64,000 nucleotides of DNA from Dehalococcoidia bacterium (GCA_965201145.1 CBDAVT010000002.1:1417084-1481083); one strand, 5' to 3'. Positions 1-11,100 are shown, counted from the stretch's first letter. Made by a program: numbers and translations. The notes: generated from the letters alone by a model not told the origin.

Positions 1-567
1 ATGAACGAAGTACCCATCAATGAGGTTACCTCGGACCAGCGGCGTATCGCCAAGGTGCTGAACTTCGGTGTTATCTATGGCCTTTCCCCCCACGGTATTT
101 CCCAGCAGACCGAGTTCTCCCGGGAAGAAGGGGCCAGATTCATCGAAATTTACTTCAACAAATATCCGGGCATCGCCGGCTATCTGGAGCGGGTGAAGGC
201 CCATACCCGAGAAACCCGGTATGTGGAAACTCTCTGTGGTCGCCGGCGCCTGATCCCGGATGTCCACTCTTCCAATTTCAATACTCGCAACCGCGCCGAG
301 CGCGAGGCCATCAATATGCCCATCCAGGGTACGGCCGCCGATATTATGAAACTGGCAATGATTCGAGTGCACGACCGCCTCAATCGGGAAAACCTGCGGG
401 CGCGGATGCTCTTGCAGGTGCATGACGAGTTAATCTTTGAGACGCCCCGGGATGAAGCGGATGCCCTGCAAGCCCTGGTCTTTGACGAAATGCCGGCGGC
501 GATGGACCTGGACGTAACCCTCAAGGTGGAAGCCAAATGGGGCGACACCTGGGGCGATATGGAGTAG
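1..567 (+). CDS. polA: DNA polymerase I, C-terminal part of the polymerase domain (5' end outside window)
   Basis: Translation carries family-A polymerase motifs RRIAKVLNFGVIYG, NMPIQGTAADI and QVHDELIFE. It ends at TAG 565-567. Confidence 0.92.
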   Translation: MNEVPINEVTSDQRRIAKVLNFGVIYGLSPHGISQQTEFSREEGARFIEIYFNKYPGIAGYLERVKAHTRETRYVETLCGRRRLIPDVHSSNFNTRNRAEREAINMPIQGTAADIMKLAMIRVHDRLNRENLRARMLLQVHDELIFETPRDEADALQALVFDEMPAAMDLDVTLKVEAKWGDTWGDME

Positions 568-633
568 GGAAGGACTTCTTTCATTAGGTAAATCATGAGC
601 CTTGAATTTCGTGAAGTTACAAAGAGGCTTGGG

Positions 634-700
634 TGCGTTCCATTTTAGGTGGCTTGGCTGTGAGATGGGTTAGGCCAGGATAGCTGATTTGGTTCGGAGA
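634..700 (+). repeat. Degenerate copy of repeat family R2 (core GCGTTCCATTTTAGGTGGCTTGG)
   Basis: Resembles the 5' part of the R2 copies at 7831-7939, 20519-20582 and 26178-26287 (GCGTTGCAWTTYAGGTGGTTT). The similarity fades after about 25 nt. Confidence 0.3.
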
Positions 701-755
701 AGTGGCGCGGGTGGGACTGTTATATGACCTGAAAACGCAAGTGAAGCCAGGGATT

Positions 756-772
756 CCCCCCCCCCCCCCCCC
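756..772. repeat. C17 homopolymer tract in a 650-bp non-coding gap
   Basis: Direct count of 17 consecutive C, followed by GGCGGCGGGA. The same 10-mer overlaps the end of the G16 tract at 46022-46037. Confidence 0.9.
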
Positions 773-1222
773 GGCGGCGGGAGTCATTGCAAGCGGCCCT
801 GGACGCTTACCGGGCTCAGCGCTCCGGCGGTCAGTTGGACCTGGGGGCGTCACTACCGCTGCTCCCGTTCCATAATGACGAGCCAGGGCCAATTACAGTT
901 GCAGCTACCGGTGTTCCGCTGCGGACAGCGCCCGATGGACACCCCCCAACCTGCTGGCGTTGCCCCAAATTCAGGGCAGAATCAATCCACCTGAAAGGAA
1001 CACTGCCGCCCTCGCCACCCCATTGCCGAGTCGGCCAGCGAGTTGTTCAAGGCAAACGAAGTATCCGGCAAAGGCTCTGACGCCGCGGGCTGTCCCCATT
1101 GCCTCAGAATAGCCCGGACTGTTTCCGGCGCCGGCGCCGGAAATTCATGGAAGTGTCCCTAACAGTTTTTCCGGTGTGGTATATTACCTCACCTACACCT
1201 TTACAGTAACAGGGGCAAGCTA

Positions 1223-1954
1223 ATGCACAACACCTTGACCTTTGAGCTGGGGGGACGGGTGGAGCTTAAAGACATGGCTGAAGGTTTCCAACTGTTCAAT
1301 CAGTTGGTCGACGCACTGTCTCAAAAAGGGAAAATATCCTGGGTGGTTGATGACTTGCACTCTGGCAGCGCAATGGCAACCCTGCGCGGAGAATCGGAAG
1401 ATATGAGCCTGGTTGCGCAAGTCATAGATGATTGCAATCGGGTAGGCGCTGCGCTGGAACAAGGCGAAATCCCCTCCGGCAGTCAGCCGGTTAAGCGGGC
1501 TGCTCGTAAAATCCTTAATTTCGCTGTCGGCTGCGATTACATCCGGCTTGGGACGCCAACGGCAGATTACAAGATTAGCGGCATCGTCCCGCCTGCTCAA
1601 CCGCAACACCGGGTAAGTTTTGGCGTTATGGCCGGACAAGTCCAGCCCTTGACTAATCGTGGTAGCCTGCGTTTCGTCTTGTACGATGAAATCCACGACA
1701 AAGCGGTGTCTTGCTACCTGGAACCGGGGCAGGAAGAGAAATTGCGACAGCTTTGGGGACGGCGGGCCCAGGTTAGCGGACAAATATCCCGGGAGCGGGA
1801 TTCAGGCCGCCCAGTCAGTATTCGCAGGATAACGAACATTGACCCGATTAAGGATGTTCCCCCGGGAACCTACCGGGATGCTAAAGGCGCTCTGCCTTTG
1901 CCCATCGGAAGTCCCAATCCCGAAGATGTTATCCGGAAGATGCGCGATGCCTGA
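1223..1954 (+). CDS. Hypothetical protein (243 aa), translationally coupled to the downstream PIN gene
   Basis: ORF starting at ATG 1223. Its stop, TGA 1952-1954, overlaps the PIN start ATG 1947 by 8 nt. I recognise no domain. Confidence 0.6.
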   Translation: MHNTLTFELGGRVELKDMAEGFQLFNQLVDALSQKGKISWVVDDLHSGSAMATLRGESEDMSLVAQVIDDCNRVGAALEQGEIPSGSQPVKRAARKILNFAVGCDYIRLGTPTADYKISGIVPPAQPQHRVSFGVMAGQVQPLTNRGSLRFVLYDEIHDKAVSCYLEPGQEEKLRQLWGRRAQVSGQISRERDSGRPVSIRRITNIDPIKDVPPGTYRDAKGALPLPIGSPNPEDVIRKMRDA

Positions 1955-2441
1955 CCAGTCAAGAGCAATTTACTGGGACTCTTGTGTTTTTCTGTCCTAC
2001 ATTAACGGGATGGCAGAACGGCTTCCTAGCCTGGAAGCATTGCTGGCTCTTAGTTCATCCGGAAGCGGCGGCAAAATATATACATCTGAGCTGGCCCAGG
2101 TCGAGGTAGCATATGCGATTAGTGAACGGGAACAGCGAAGACTGGACGCGGCGACGGAGGAAAGGATTGACGCCCTTTGGACAGATTCGTCGGCCATCGT
2201 ATTGGTAGAGGTTCACTCCAGCATCAGCAGTTTGGCCCGCCGGTTTATCCGGGAAGGGCTCGCTAAAAACTGGGACTTGAAACCGGCGGATGCTATCCAT
2301 ATCGCAACCGCCCAATGGATCAGCCAAGCCGGGCTCCCATTAGAAGAATTCCACACCTACGACCAAAGGTTGTTCCGATACGGGCCGGATGTGGGTTTCA
2401 ACATCCTGGAACCTTACACTCCCCAACCTAATCTGCTCTAG
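1947..2441 (+). CDS. PIN-domain (VapC-like) ribonuclease
   Basis: Acidic PIN signature in order: IYWDSCVF (D), AQVEVAY (E), PADAIHIATA (D), FHTYDQRL (D). Start chosen at M37 of the tracked ORF, overlapping the upstream stop. Confidence 0.75.
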   Translation: MPDQSRAIYWDSCVFLSYINGMAERLPSLEALLALSSSGSGGKIYTSELAQVEVAYAISEREQRRLDAATEERIDALWTDSSAIVLVEVHSSISSLARRFIREGLAKNWDLKPADAIHIATAQWISQAGLPLEEFHTYDQRLFRYGPDVGFNILEPYTPQPNLL

Positions 2442-2482
2442 CCCTCGCTGAACGTCAATGCGCCCAGTACCCTAACCACCCC

Positions 2483-3280
2483 CTACCCCGCTTCCCGGAA
2501 GGCTTCGGCCGTGGCTATTACCCGGGCCAGGTCTATGGGGTTGGCGATGATTCCGCCTTCCTTCAGGCTGGTTCCTACTATGGCGCCATCGGCACCGGGC
2601 AGAAACCGGGCGGCGTTGTGCGCATCCACCCCGCTGCCTACCAGCAGGGGCCGGTCGGGAACGGCGCGGCGGACCGTCGCCACGTCATCGGGAACGGCCG
2701 GCTGTCCGGTAACCGGGCCGGTCACAATCAGACCGTCGGCCAGTCCGCGGTAGGCGGTTTCCCGGGCCGTCAAGCCCAGGTCCGGCGCTCCCAAAGGCGT
2801 GGCGTGCTTCACCAGCACATCCGCCAATATTGACACATCCTCAGCGCCCAGCAGCCGGCGGCGGCGCAGGGTAGCAAAGGCCTCGCCGGTTACCATTCCT
2901 TCATCGGCGGCCATAGTCCCGTAATGGATGTTCACCCGAATGAATTGAGCGCCGGCGGATACCGCTACCGCCAGAGCGGAAAGGGCGTCGTTGCGGAGCA
3001 TATTGACTCCCACCGGCAGGGGAGAGGCGCGGCAGACCAGCTCCACGGCCCGGGTCATGGCCGCCACCGTTTCCGGCTCCACCCGCCCAATGCGGAAAGG
3101 GGCGTCGCCGAAATTCTCCACGATAATACCGTTGGCCCCGCCTTCGGTGAGCAGCTCCGCTTCCCGTTCCGCCCGCTCCAGAACCGGATCCAGATTCCCG
3201 CCCCACCGGGGCGAGCCGGGCAGGGGCAGCAGGTGAATTACGCCGATAAAGGCTTTGCCAGCGCCAAAAAGTGTCTGCAT
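2483..3280 (-). CDS. BtpA/SgcQ family protein
   Basis: FIGVIHLLPLPGSPRW...GIIVENFGDAPF is the characteristic BtpA N-terminal signature. Start taken at MQTLFG (cat at 3278-3280). Confidence 0.75.
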   Translation of the reverse strand: MQTLFGAGKAFIGVIHLLPLPGSPRWGGNLDPVLERAEREAELLTEGGANGIIVENFGDAPFRIGRVEPETVAAMTRAVELVCRASPLPVGVNMLRNDALSALAVAVSAGAQFIRVNIHYGTMAADEGMVTGEAFATLRRRRLLGAEDVSILADVLVKHATPLGAPDLGLTARETAYRGLADGLIVTGPVTGQPAVPDDVATVRRAVPDRPLLVGSGVDAHNAARFLPGADGAIVGTSLKEGGIIANPIDLARVIATAEAFREAG

Positions 3281-3385
3281 AATGTTATTTCCTTCCCCGA
3301 TGTCGCCCCGGCTCCCTGGCGTCCGAAGGGAGAAACCCGGAAGTTTACTTATTCCAGAGGAGGCCAATCCGGAGTGATGGGGCCT

Positions 3386-4333
3386 TTACCGGGAGGGGAA
3401 CCGGGCCGCCAGGATGTCGATTATCAGGGCGGCGCCCAGTTGACTGGTTAGTTCAGAGGAATCATACGGCGGGGCAACCTCCACCAGGTCAAAAGCAATC
3501 AGGTTGCGGTTAGCCACCAGACTGATCAGGCAGTCCCGCATTTCGTGGTAGAACAGGCCGCCAATCTCCGGGGTGCCGGTGCCGGGCGCCTGGCTGGGAT
3601 CCATCACGTCGATGTCCAGGGTGATATACAAATTCTCGCCCCGGGGTATCCGCTCCGCCACGCCTTGAGGGCCCAGGGAACGGAACTGTCCGGTGGTGAT
3701 AATCAGGCTGCCGTCCCGCTGCGAGTCCTCGTAGGGTTGCCGGCGCGCGGTGCGAATGCCGACCGAGGTTATGTGATTGACAAAGGGCAGTTCCCGACAG
3801 CGGCGAATGGGGCTGCCGTGGGTATAAAGCTCCCCCTGATAGTCATGGCTGTAGTCCAGGTGTGCGTCAAAATGGACGATATTCAGCGGCTCGAACCGGC
3901 TTAATCCCCGCACCACCGGCCAGGTGATGGCATGGTCGCCGCCCACCACTACCGGGAAAGAGCCGCGGGCGGTCACCTGTTCCACCGCTTGGGTGAGCTT
4001 GTCGAAGTTGCGCTGCACGTTGGAGGGGATGGTTGTTATATTGCCGCAGTCGGCCATTGTGACTCCGCGCAACAGTTCATCGCCGGCCTCAATGTTAAAG
4101 AAACCCTCGGCCTCCTGCTGGCGGCCAAAGGGGTCGGTGTAGGAATAGGTTCGGGGCGCATCCCGAATAGCGTCGGGGCCGTAGCGCGCCCCCGGCCGCC
4201 CCAGGGTTCCCTGGTCGAAGGGCATTCCGATAAATGCTATATCGGCTTCCAGGTCGTCCAGATTGGCGCACAAAGGGGCCTTGAAAAAGGTACGCGGCTG
4301 GGCCCGGAGAATGGGCCATTCCTGTTCCGCCAT
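3386..4333 (-). CDS. Agmatinase/arginase-family ureohydrolase
   Basis: Mn-binding motifs GGDHAITWPV, HFDAHLDY and DIDVMDPSQAPGTGTPEIGG. Confidence 0.85.
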   Translation of the reverse strand: MAEQEWPILRAQPRTFFKAPLCANLDDLEADIAFIGMPFDQGTLGRPGARYGPDAIRDAPRTYSYTDPFGRQQEAEGFFNIEAGDELLRGVTMADCGNITTIPSNVQRNFDKLTQAVEQVTARGSFPVVVGGDHAITWPVVRGLSRFEPLNIVHFDAHLDYSHDYQGELYTHGSPIRRCRELPFVNHITSVGIRTARRQPYEDSQRDGSLIITTGQFRSLGPQGVAERIPRGENLYITLDIDVMDPSQAPGTGTPEIGGLFYHEMRDCLISLVANRNLIAFDLVEVAPPYDSSELTSQLGAALIIDILAARFPSR

Positions 4334-4480
4334 TAGTTCCTCAAGTCAGCAGCTGGGCTGGATTAGGCGAGTCTCCGCCGCCGGGGAGATTCCGGTAGGA
4401 TTGTACCCGGGCGAGTGTAAAACCCGCCCGGGTATGGTTCACGTCCGATAATGGTGAAGGTCGGCAGCTTCGTCCGGGTG

Positions 4481-5452
4481 TTAGTCCCAAATGGCAAAAA
4501 CCTTGAAGGAAATCTGCGACTGCTCCTCCAGGTGGTCAACGATTTGGGCCGGTCGGTCGCCCACCACGCCCATAGGCACCAGCCAGTTCAGGAATTCGTG
4601 GTCGCCGGACTGCTGGATTTCTTCCGGGGTCAGCTCGGCTATCTGGCTGCTCTTCCCTTCCTTCAGCAGCTCCAGGTTGTGCCGGTCGAAATCGGTGTCA
4701 AACTGGGAACGGTTGAACTTGTGGGTCAGGAAGCTGTGGGACCAACTGGAGGACCCGATGATGGCAACCCGCTCGGCGCGAGTGTCCAGGAAGCGGCGGA
4801 TGGACTGGCCCAGTTCGTAGCACCGCTTGGCCGTGGGCCGGGGCGGATAGCCTTCGCCGGCCTCCTCGCCGTAGCAGTTAACGAACAGGGGCAGGATCGT
4901 AAGTTCACCTTCCGGGTCCAGGAAGGTCAGCGGATTGCAGTGAGCGTGGGGCAGCCCCCAGTCCCAGCCGGTAAGCTTGGTCGCCGAGGACATATCAAAG
5001 CCTTCGCGAATCAGGTGGGACAGCATGGCTCGGGAAAATTCGGCCGGGCAGTTATAAGAATACTTGGCGTCCGGGGCGGCATCCCACAGGTTGTTGTGTC
5101 CCATAGGTCGGTGGAAGGGATAGGCGTCCACCCGGTCGCCGGTAAAGAGGCAGAAGGTGGGCAAATTTTCCCGCTTGAAGTTCTCCGCCTGGTCGTCGCC
5201 CACAATCATTACCACGTCGGGCTTCCAGGCATGGAGCTTCTCCTTCAGCACGGCGAAGGCGTCGGCGATGCGCTGCTGGTTCTTGATGTCATGCGACAGG
5301 CCCTCGTCGTCGCCCATCTGCTCAATCATCTCCGCCGGAGCTTCGTACTCGGGAATACCGCCGTAGATGCGCTTGCGCATATTGCGCCACTCTTCGGGCG
5401 GGTTGAGAATCATCGGGGCGTGGCTGCACCCCAGACCAAGAATTTCGGCCAT
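4481..5452 (-). CDS. Extradiol ring-cleavage dioxygenase class III (LigB-like) family protein
   Basis: N-terminus MAEILGLGCSHAPM and overall length and pattern are typical of LigB/AmmeMemoRadiSam-type subunit B proteins. This is family-level recognition only. Confidence 0.55.
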   Translation of the reverse strand: MAEILGLGCSHAPMILNPPEEWRNMRKRIYGGIPEYEAPAEMIEQMGDDEGLSHDIKNQQRIADAFAVLKEKLHAWKPDVVMIVGDDQAENFKRENLPTFCLFTGDRVDAYPFHRPMGHNNLWDAAPDAKYSYNCPAEFSRAMLSHLIREGFDMSSATKLTGWDWGLPHAHCNPLTFLDPEGELTILPLFVNCYGEEAGEGYPPRPTAKRCYELGQSIRRFLDTRAERVAIIGSSSWSHSFLTHKFNRSQFDTDFDRHNLELLKEGKSSQIAELTPEEIQQSGDHEFLNWLVPMGVVGDRPAQIVDHLEEQSQISFKVFAIWD

Positions 5453-5762
5453 TGTATATTCCTCCTGTTAGCTGGCGCCTTTAGGCAGCCCGGTTAGGCC
5501 CATTATAGCAGACCGGAAGGGCGATAGCCCAACAATCAGACATTCTCCGGGGAAGGCGCCGGGCCGGTCGCTATTGTGGCGAGACCGTCAAGAATTTTAC
5601 CCGATTCACTTACGGGCGGGAGGCGCAAAACCTGCTTTTCCAAAATGGACCGGAGAACGCCGGAGCGTTGGCAAGAAAGGAGGAAGGTCAAGTTAGCGGC
5701 GGGAACTCAGGGTAATCGGTATTCTGCTAAAATAGGATTCTATAAATTCTCGGGAGCGCGCT

Positions 5763-6236
5763 ATGCCTTCGCGCAAACTGGACCTGCACGGCAAAACCTG
5801 GGCTGAGGCTCTGGTCGAGTTTCGTGATTTCTACAATGCTGCGGTGCGCGCCTACCCCAACGGCAACGGGGCACCCCTGGAGGTAGTTCACGGGTACGGT
5901 TCCACCGGGGCTGGCGGTCGGATACTCACCAGTTTGCGCAATTACCTGGAACAGCAAAGCCGCGCCGGGCTGCTGGCTTACCGCACCGGCGAAGCGGCGG
6001 ACGGCAACCCGGGCCACACCCTGGTTACTGCCCTGAAGCCGTTGCCCACCGCCGGCGACGACCTGGATGACAGTATCCTAGAATACTGCGCTCGCGCCCA
6101 AAGCCACAGCAAGGTCATGAACCGCTTCCGGCGACACGGCGACCCTGAAGTGAAAGAGGCCATCCGCCGTCTGGAGTCCCGGAAACGGCTGCAATCGGTA
6201 ACTGTAGGGCGCGAGAAGGGGTATCGGTCAATTTAG
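5763..6236 (+). CDS. Smr-domain protein
   Basis: LDLHGKTWAEA ... LEVVHGYGSTG matches the Smr LDLHG / HGxG signature. Confidence 0.7.
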   Translation: MPSRKLDLHGKTWAEALVEFRDFYNAAVRAYPNGNGAPLEVVHGYGSTGAGGRILTSLRNYLEQQSRAGLLAYRTGEAADGNPGHTLVTALKPLPTAGDDLDDSILEYCARAQSHSKVMNRFRRHGDPEVKEAIRRLESRKRLQSVTVGREKGYRSI

Positions 6237-6286
6237 GTCGGCGGAACAGCCCCATATTGCTTTCCATCTGCCGGCGTACCTCCCGC

Positions 6287-7775
6287 TTATTGACCCGCTC
6301 CGCTCAAATCAATGCTCCCCAAATCCAGCAATTCCCCGTCCTTGACGACTACCCGCTTTTCCACAGCACCGCCTTGCTTCCCGGGCCAGCGAAATAGATA
6401 GGTTCCCTGGGGCAACTCCAGCTGAAAATTACCCTGGACATCGGTTTGCCATTGGCCCACGGGTTTGGGCGCAGCCGGCGCCAGCCGTAGCAGACGGTCA
6501 TCCCCGGGCCGGGACCGGCCCCGGCCGTCCCGATTGCTGGTGGTAAAGTAAACGTACCCGTCCGGACCCATAATCACGGCCCGCAGGCGGCCAAATTCGC
6601 CGCGCAGCAGACTTTGATTTCTTGCCACTGTCCGAAACTCCGGCGGCGCCAGAATCACCCGCTGCAATTGGGAACCCTTGAGCGCCGCAAAGAGCAGGTT
6701 GCCGTGCCAGGAAGCGGCCAGCCGGTCTACGGCAACGAAATCCGCCCCGGCGATAGCCACCGTCGGTGTCAGGGACAGGATGGGGGTCGGCGTATGCGGA
6801 CTGGCCGGCGGCGCCGGTAACCTCAGGCCACCCGTAGTTGCGTCCTGCCTCCAGCAGATTAACTTCATCATCCCGGTCCGGCCCGTGTTCGGTAATGAAC
6901 AAATCAGCAGTGTCGGGATGCCAGGCTAATCCCTGCGGGTTGCGGTGCCCGTAGGTGTAGATATAGGAGTCGGGAAAGGGGTTATCCGGCGGTACGGAAC
7001 CATCGGCCGCCAACCGCAGCGTCTTCCCCGCCAGGGAGTCCAGGTCCTGGGCCAGGTCGGAGTCGGTGGCGTCGCCGGTGGTGGCGTAAAGATAGCCGTC
7101 CGACCCGAAACGAAGCCGGCATCCGTCGTGGCGGGAAGTCCCCGGAATCCCGTCCAGGATAACCTGATGCGACGTTCCCCGGCCTTCCCGGTCAGTCAAC
7201 CGGGCAATTCGGTTATACCAGCTGCCATCCTGCCGATAGGTGTAGCAAAGGTAGAGCCAGCCGTTAACGTCGAAGTCCGGGTCCAGCGCCATCCCCATCA
7301 AACCGGCTTCGGAAATATGGGCCACCGCAATGACCGCATAGGGAGTGTCCTGAAGCCGGCCGTCCCGGAATACCCGGATTCTCCCCGGCCGCTCAGTTAT
7401 CAGAATTCGGCCGTCCGGGGTGAAGACCAGATCCCAGGGAATTTCCAGTCCCTCGGCAACGGTTTCAACGACCACGCGGTCCGGAATCTGGACTACCTCA
7501 AGGGTTACCGGAGCGGCGGGAGCGTTTGCCCCGGCCGGCAAAGCCACCCGGCCTTTGACCGGGACGCTAACCGGGGTGGCAGACTGGGCCTCAATGCTGT
7601 CGGCCCCGTCCGAAGTTCCAACCGTCGGCTGACAAGCTGCTATAGCCAGGGCCAACACCGGAGCCAGGGCCAATACCGGCAAAAACGCCGCAAGCAGCAA
7701 AGCCGAATCGCGCCTCAAAGCAAATTTAACCCACGCCCGGGCCGGAGAAAAATGGCAGTTCAGAATAAATAACAT
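6287..7775 (-). pseudogene. PQQ-dependent sugar (glucose/sorbosone) dehydrogenase with a C-terminal carboxypeptidase-regulatory-like domain, split by a 1-nt frameshift
   Basis: ORFs 6498-7775 and 6287-6871 are consecutive parts of one protein (GLEIPWDLVFTPDGRILITERPGRIRV, YGHRNPQGLAWHP, NYGWPEV, then AIAGADFV...FTTSNRDGRG). The frames join if the G5 run at 6782-6786 were G4 (giving YADPILSLTPTVAIAG). Confidence 0.8.
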
Positions 7776-7830
7776 ATACTACAGGATACGAAAACCCTCC
7801 CAAATAATCAAAAGGGCAGTCTTAACCCGG

Positions 7831-7939
7831 CAGCGTTCCGTTTTGGGTAGTCTGAGTGCAGGGGCAATCTTTATGATTGCCCCGGATATACCGAAACGAA
7901 TCCTATGCCCTGATTCAAACCACCTGAATTGCAACGCTG
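7831..7939 (-). repeat. Repeat family R2, full copy (candidate structured RNA or palindromic element)
   Basis: The reverse complement (rc) reads CAGCGTTGCAATTCAGGTGGTTTGAATCAGGGCATAGGATTCG...GGGGCAATCATAAAGATTGCCCC...ACTACCCAAAACGGAACGCTG. The terminal 7-nt arms CAGCGTT/AACGCTG and GGTGGT/ACTACC can pair. Confidence 0.6.
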
Positions 7940-8140
7940 ACTCCTGCCAGACCGGGGCTATACCATCCATAGGCCAGCGTGTATAATGCTTGTTTTCATT
8001 CTAGGTTATATTGTGATATATTTAACAAACTTTACGGAATAGCATCCGGGGAATGACTTGCGATTCCCCGAAGCTTGGTTATACGGGCTTCAAACCCTGG
8101 TCTGATACCTCTATCGGAACCCTGAGTGGGGGTTGAGTCA

Positions 8141-11100
8141 ATGAATCAATTGCGAGAACTAGCCGAACACGGGCTATATTCTCCCGACCAGGAACACGAC
8201 AGTTGCGGCGTGGGCATGGTCGCCAACATCAAAGGCAGCCAGTCCCACCAAATAATTACCGAGTCGTTGCAAGTACTGGTTAATCTGGGACATCGGGGCG
8301 CTTGCGGCTGCGATCCGGAAACCGGAGACGGCGCCGGCATCTTGATGCAGATTCCCCACGCCTTCTTCAGCCAGGTATGTCCCGCACTGGGCATCGACCT
8401 TCCCAACCCGGGGGATTACGGCGTTGGGATGGTGTTCCTGCCGCCGGCGGCCGAGGCTCAAGCCCGGTGTCAGTCGCTGATTAACCGCTCCATCGCCGCG
8501 GAAGGGCTCGCTCTGCTGGGCTGGCGCGACGTGCTGGTGGACCCCAGCAAACTGGGGCGGGATGCCCGGGCGGTTCAACCAACCATCCGCCAGTTTTTCG
8601 TTGGCGCCGGAACTGAGGGACTGGAAGCCGACCGGTTGCAGCGCAAGCTCTACACGCTGCGCAAGGTTATTGAAAAGTCCCTGCCCGATTGCGAGCTTAG
8701 CGCCGCGGACGCCGACTATTTTTATATTTGCAGCCTCTCCAACAGCACCCTGGTTTACAAGGGTCTGCTGATGGCCCACCAGATTGACGGCTTTTACCCG
8801 GACTTGAAAGAGGAGTCCCTGGTAAGCGCCTTCGCTCTGGTTCATTCCCGCTTTAGTACCAACACCCTGGGACACTGGAAACTGGCCCACCCTTATCGCT
8901 ATCTGGCCCACAACGGCGAAATCAACACGCTGCGGGGCAACAGCAACTGGATGCACGCCCGGGAGTCTCAGTTCGAGACGCCCTTGTTCGGCGCAGACAT
9001 CAAGAAGATTCCCCCGATAATGACCCCGGGCGCCAGTGATACCGCCGGTTTCGACAACGCTCTGGAACTGCTGCTGATGACCGGGCGCAGCCTGGACCAT
9101 GCGATGTTGATGATGATTCCTGAGGCGTGGGAACAGCACGAGACAATGCCCCAGGAAAAGAAGGACTTTTACGAGTACCATTCCTGTTTGATGGAGCCTT
9201 GGGACGGGCCGGCGATGATGGTGGCCGCTAATGGCAAAGACGTTTGCGCCGTACTGGACCGCAACGGCCTGCGTCCCTTCCGCTACACTATCACCAAGGA
9301 CGACAAGCTGGTTATGGCCTCGGAAACCGGCGTCCTGGACATTCCCGCCGCGAACATTCGGCAACGCGGTCGGCTGCAGCCGGGGCGGATGTTCCTGGTC
9401 AGCATGGAAGAAGGCCGGATTATCGGCGATGAGGAATTGAAGCGCACCCTTTCCCGCCGTCAGCCTTATGGGGAGTGGTTGCAGGAAAACAAAGTATCCC
9501 TGGAGCAGTTGCCGGAAGCGGCTGCGCCCGAAGTTCTGCAAGGTCAGGAACTGGTACGGCAGCAGCGGGCCTTTGGCTACACCATTGAAGAGCTGCGGAT
9601 ATTGACCGCTCCCATGGCCGCCACCGCTTATGAGGCGGTGGGTTCCATGGGCAACGACGCCCCGCTGGCGGTGCTGTCCGAGCAAAGCCAACTGCTGTTC
9701 AATTACTTCAAGCAGTTGTTCGCCCAGGTGACCAATCCGCCGCTGGATGCGATCCGGGAGGAACTGGTAACTTCGCTGGAGGCTTTTATCGGCCGGGAGC
9801 GAAATCTGTTCGAAGAAACTCCCCGACATTGCCATCAGCTCAAAATCAACAGTCCCATCATCACCGACGAAGAGTTAGCCAGGATACGCAGTCTGAACGT
9901 GGGCGACATTCGGGCCACTACGCTCTCCACTCTGTTTAATTCCCAGGGGGAAGGAGCGCTGCGCGAAGCGCTGGAGCGGCTTTGCCGGGAGGCTTCCCAG
10001 GCCATTAAGGACGGGTACAGCATTATCGTGCTTTCCGACCGGGGGGTGAATGCCCAGCAAGTGCCGATACCCAGTCTGCTGGCGACCGCCGCCGTGCATC
10101 ACCATCTGATTCGCGAAGGCTCGCGCACGCGGGCCGGCCTGGTAGTGGAATCCGGCGAACCTCGGGAAGTGCACCATTTCTGTCTGCTGCTGGGTTACGG
10201 AGCCGGCGCTATCAATCCTTATCTGGCTCTGTCCACCGCCCGAAGCATGGCCGAACTGGGTGAATTAAACGGCGCCCACCCCGATTATGCCGTCAAAAAC
10301 TTTATCAAGGCCAACGAAAAGGGCCTGCTCAAGGTAATGTCCAAGATGGGTATCTCCACGGTGCAAAGCTACCGGGGCGCCCAAATTTTCGAGGCCGTAG
10401 GAATCAATCAAGACTTCATTGACCAGTATTTCACCTGGACTCCTTCCCGGGTGGCCGGCATCGGCTTGGAGGTGGTGGAAGAAGAGCAGCTGCAGCGGCA
10501 CCGTTTTGCCTTCCCGGTTCAGGAGGTTGAAGCAACGCTGGACCTGGACCCCGGCGGCGCTTACCAGTGGCGGCGCCACGGCGAAGTCCACCAATGGAAC
10601 CCGGATACCATCGCCAAACTGCAATACGCCACCCGCGCCAACAATTGGAACTCTTACCAGGAGTTCAGCCGCGCCGTCAACGACCAGAGCAAGCAGTTGG
10701 CTACCCTGCGCGGTCTGCTGGAGTTCCGGCAAGACCGGGAGCCGGTAGCGCTGGAAGAAGTGGAGCCGGCTAAAGAAATTGTCAAGCGGTTTGCTACCGG
10801 GGCGGCCTCTTTTGGTTCCATCAGCAAAGAAGCGCACGAGACCCTGGCTATTGCCATGAACCGTATCGGCGCCCGCAGCAATACCGGCGAAGGCGGCGAG
10901 GACTATCACCGCTATACTCCGGACGAAAACGGCGACTCCCGCAACAGCGCCATCAAGCAGGTGGCCTCGGGCCGGTTCGGCGTTACCCCCAATTACCTGG
11001 TGAACGCCACCGACTTGCAGATAAAGATGGCCCAGGGTTCCAAGCCCGGCGAAGGCGGACAACTGCCCGGGCACAAGGTGGATGAAATTATCGGTTGGGT

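Noticed and set aside
4451-5497. 348-aa plus-strand ORF antisense to the LigB-like gene, and similar antisense ORFs over pyk, the LLM oxidoreductase, acs, gatB and the TPP enzyme
   Set aside because: Each overlaps a gene with clear family motifs on the other strand. None has motifs or plausible starts.
7779-7970. Small ORFs within R2 repeats and MITEs (7779-7970, 26058-26285, 43346-43528, and others)
   Set aside because: They are translations of repeat DNA in whichever frame happens to be open. The copies are not conserved at protein level, and they end wherever the MITE supplies a stop.
7982-7987. TATAAT hexamer ~150 nt upstream of gltB, plus a nearby hairpin (CGGGGAAT...ATTCCCCG), as a promoter/leader or riboswitch
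   Set aside because: There is no acceptable -35 at 16-18 nt and no resemblance to a riboswitch class I can recognise, so the evidence is too weak to annotate.
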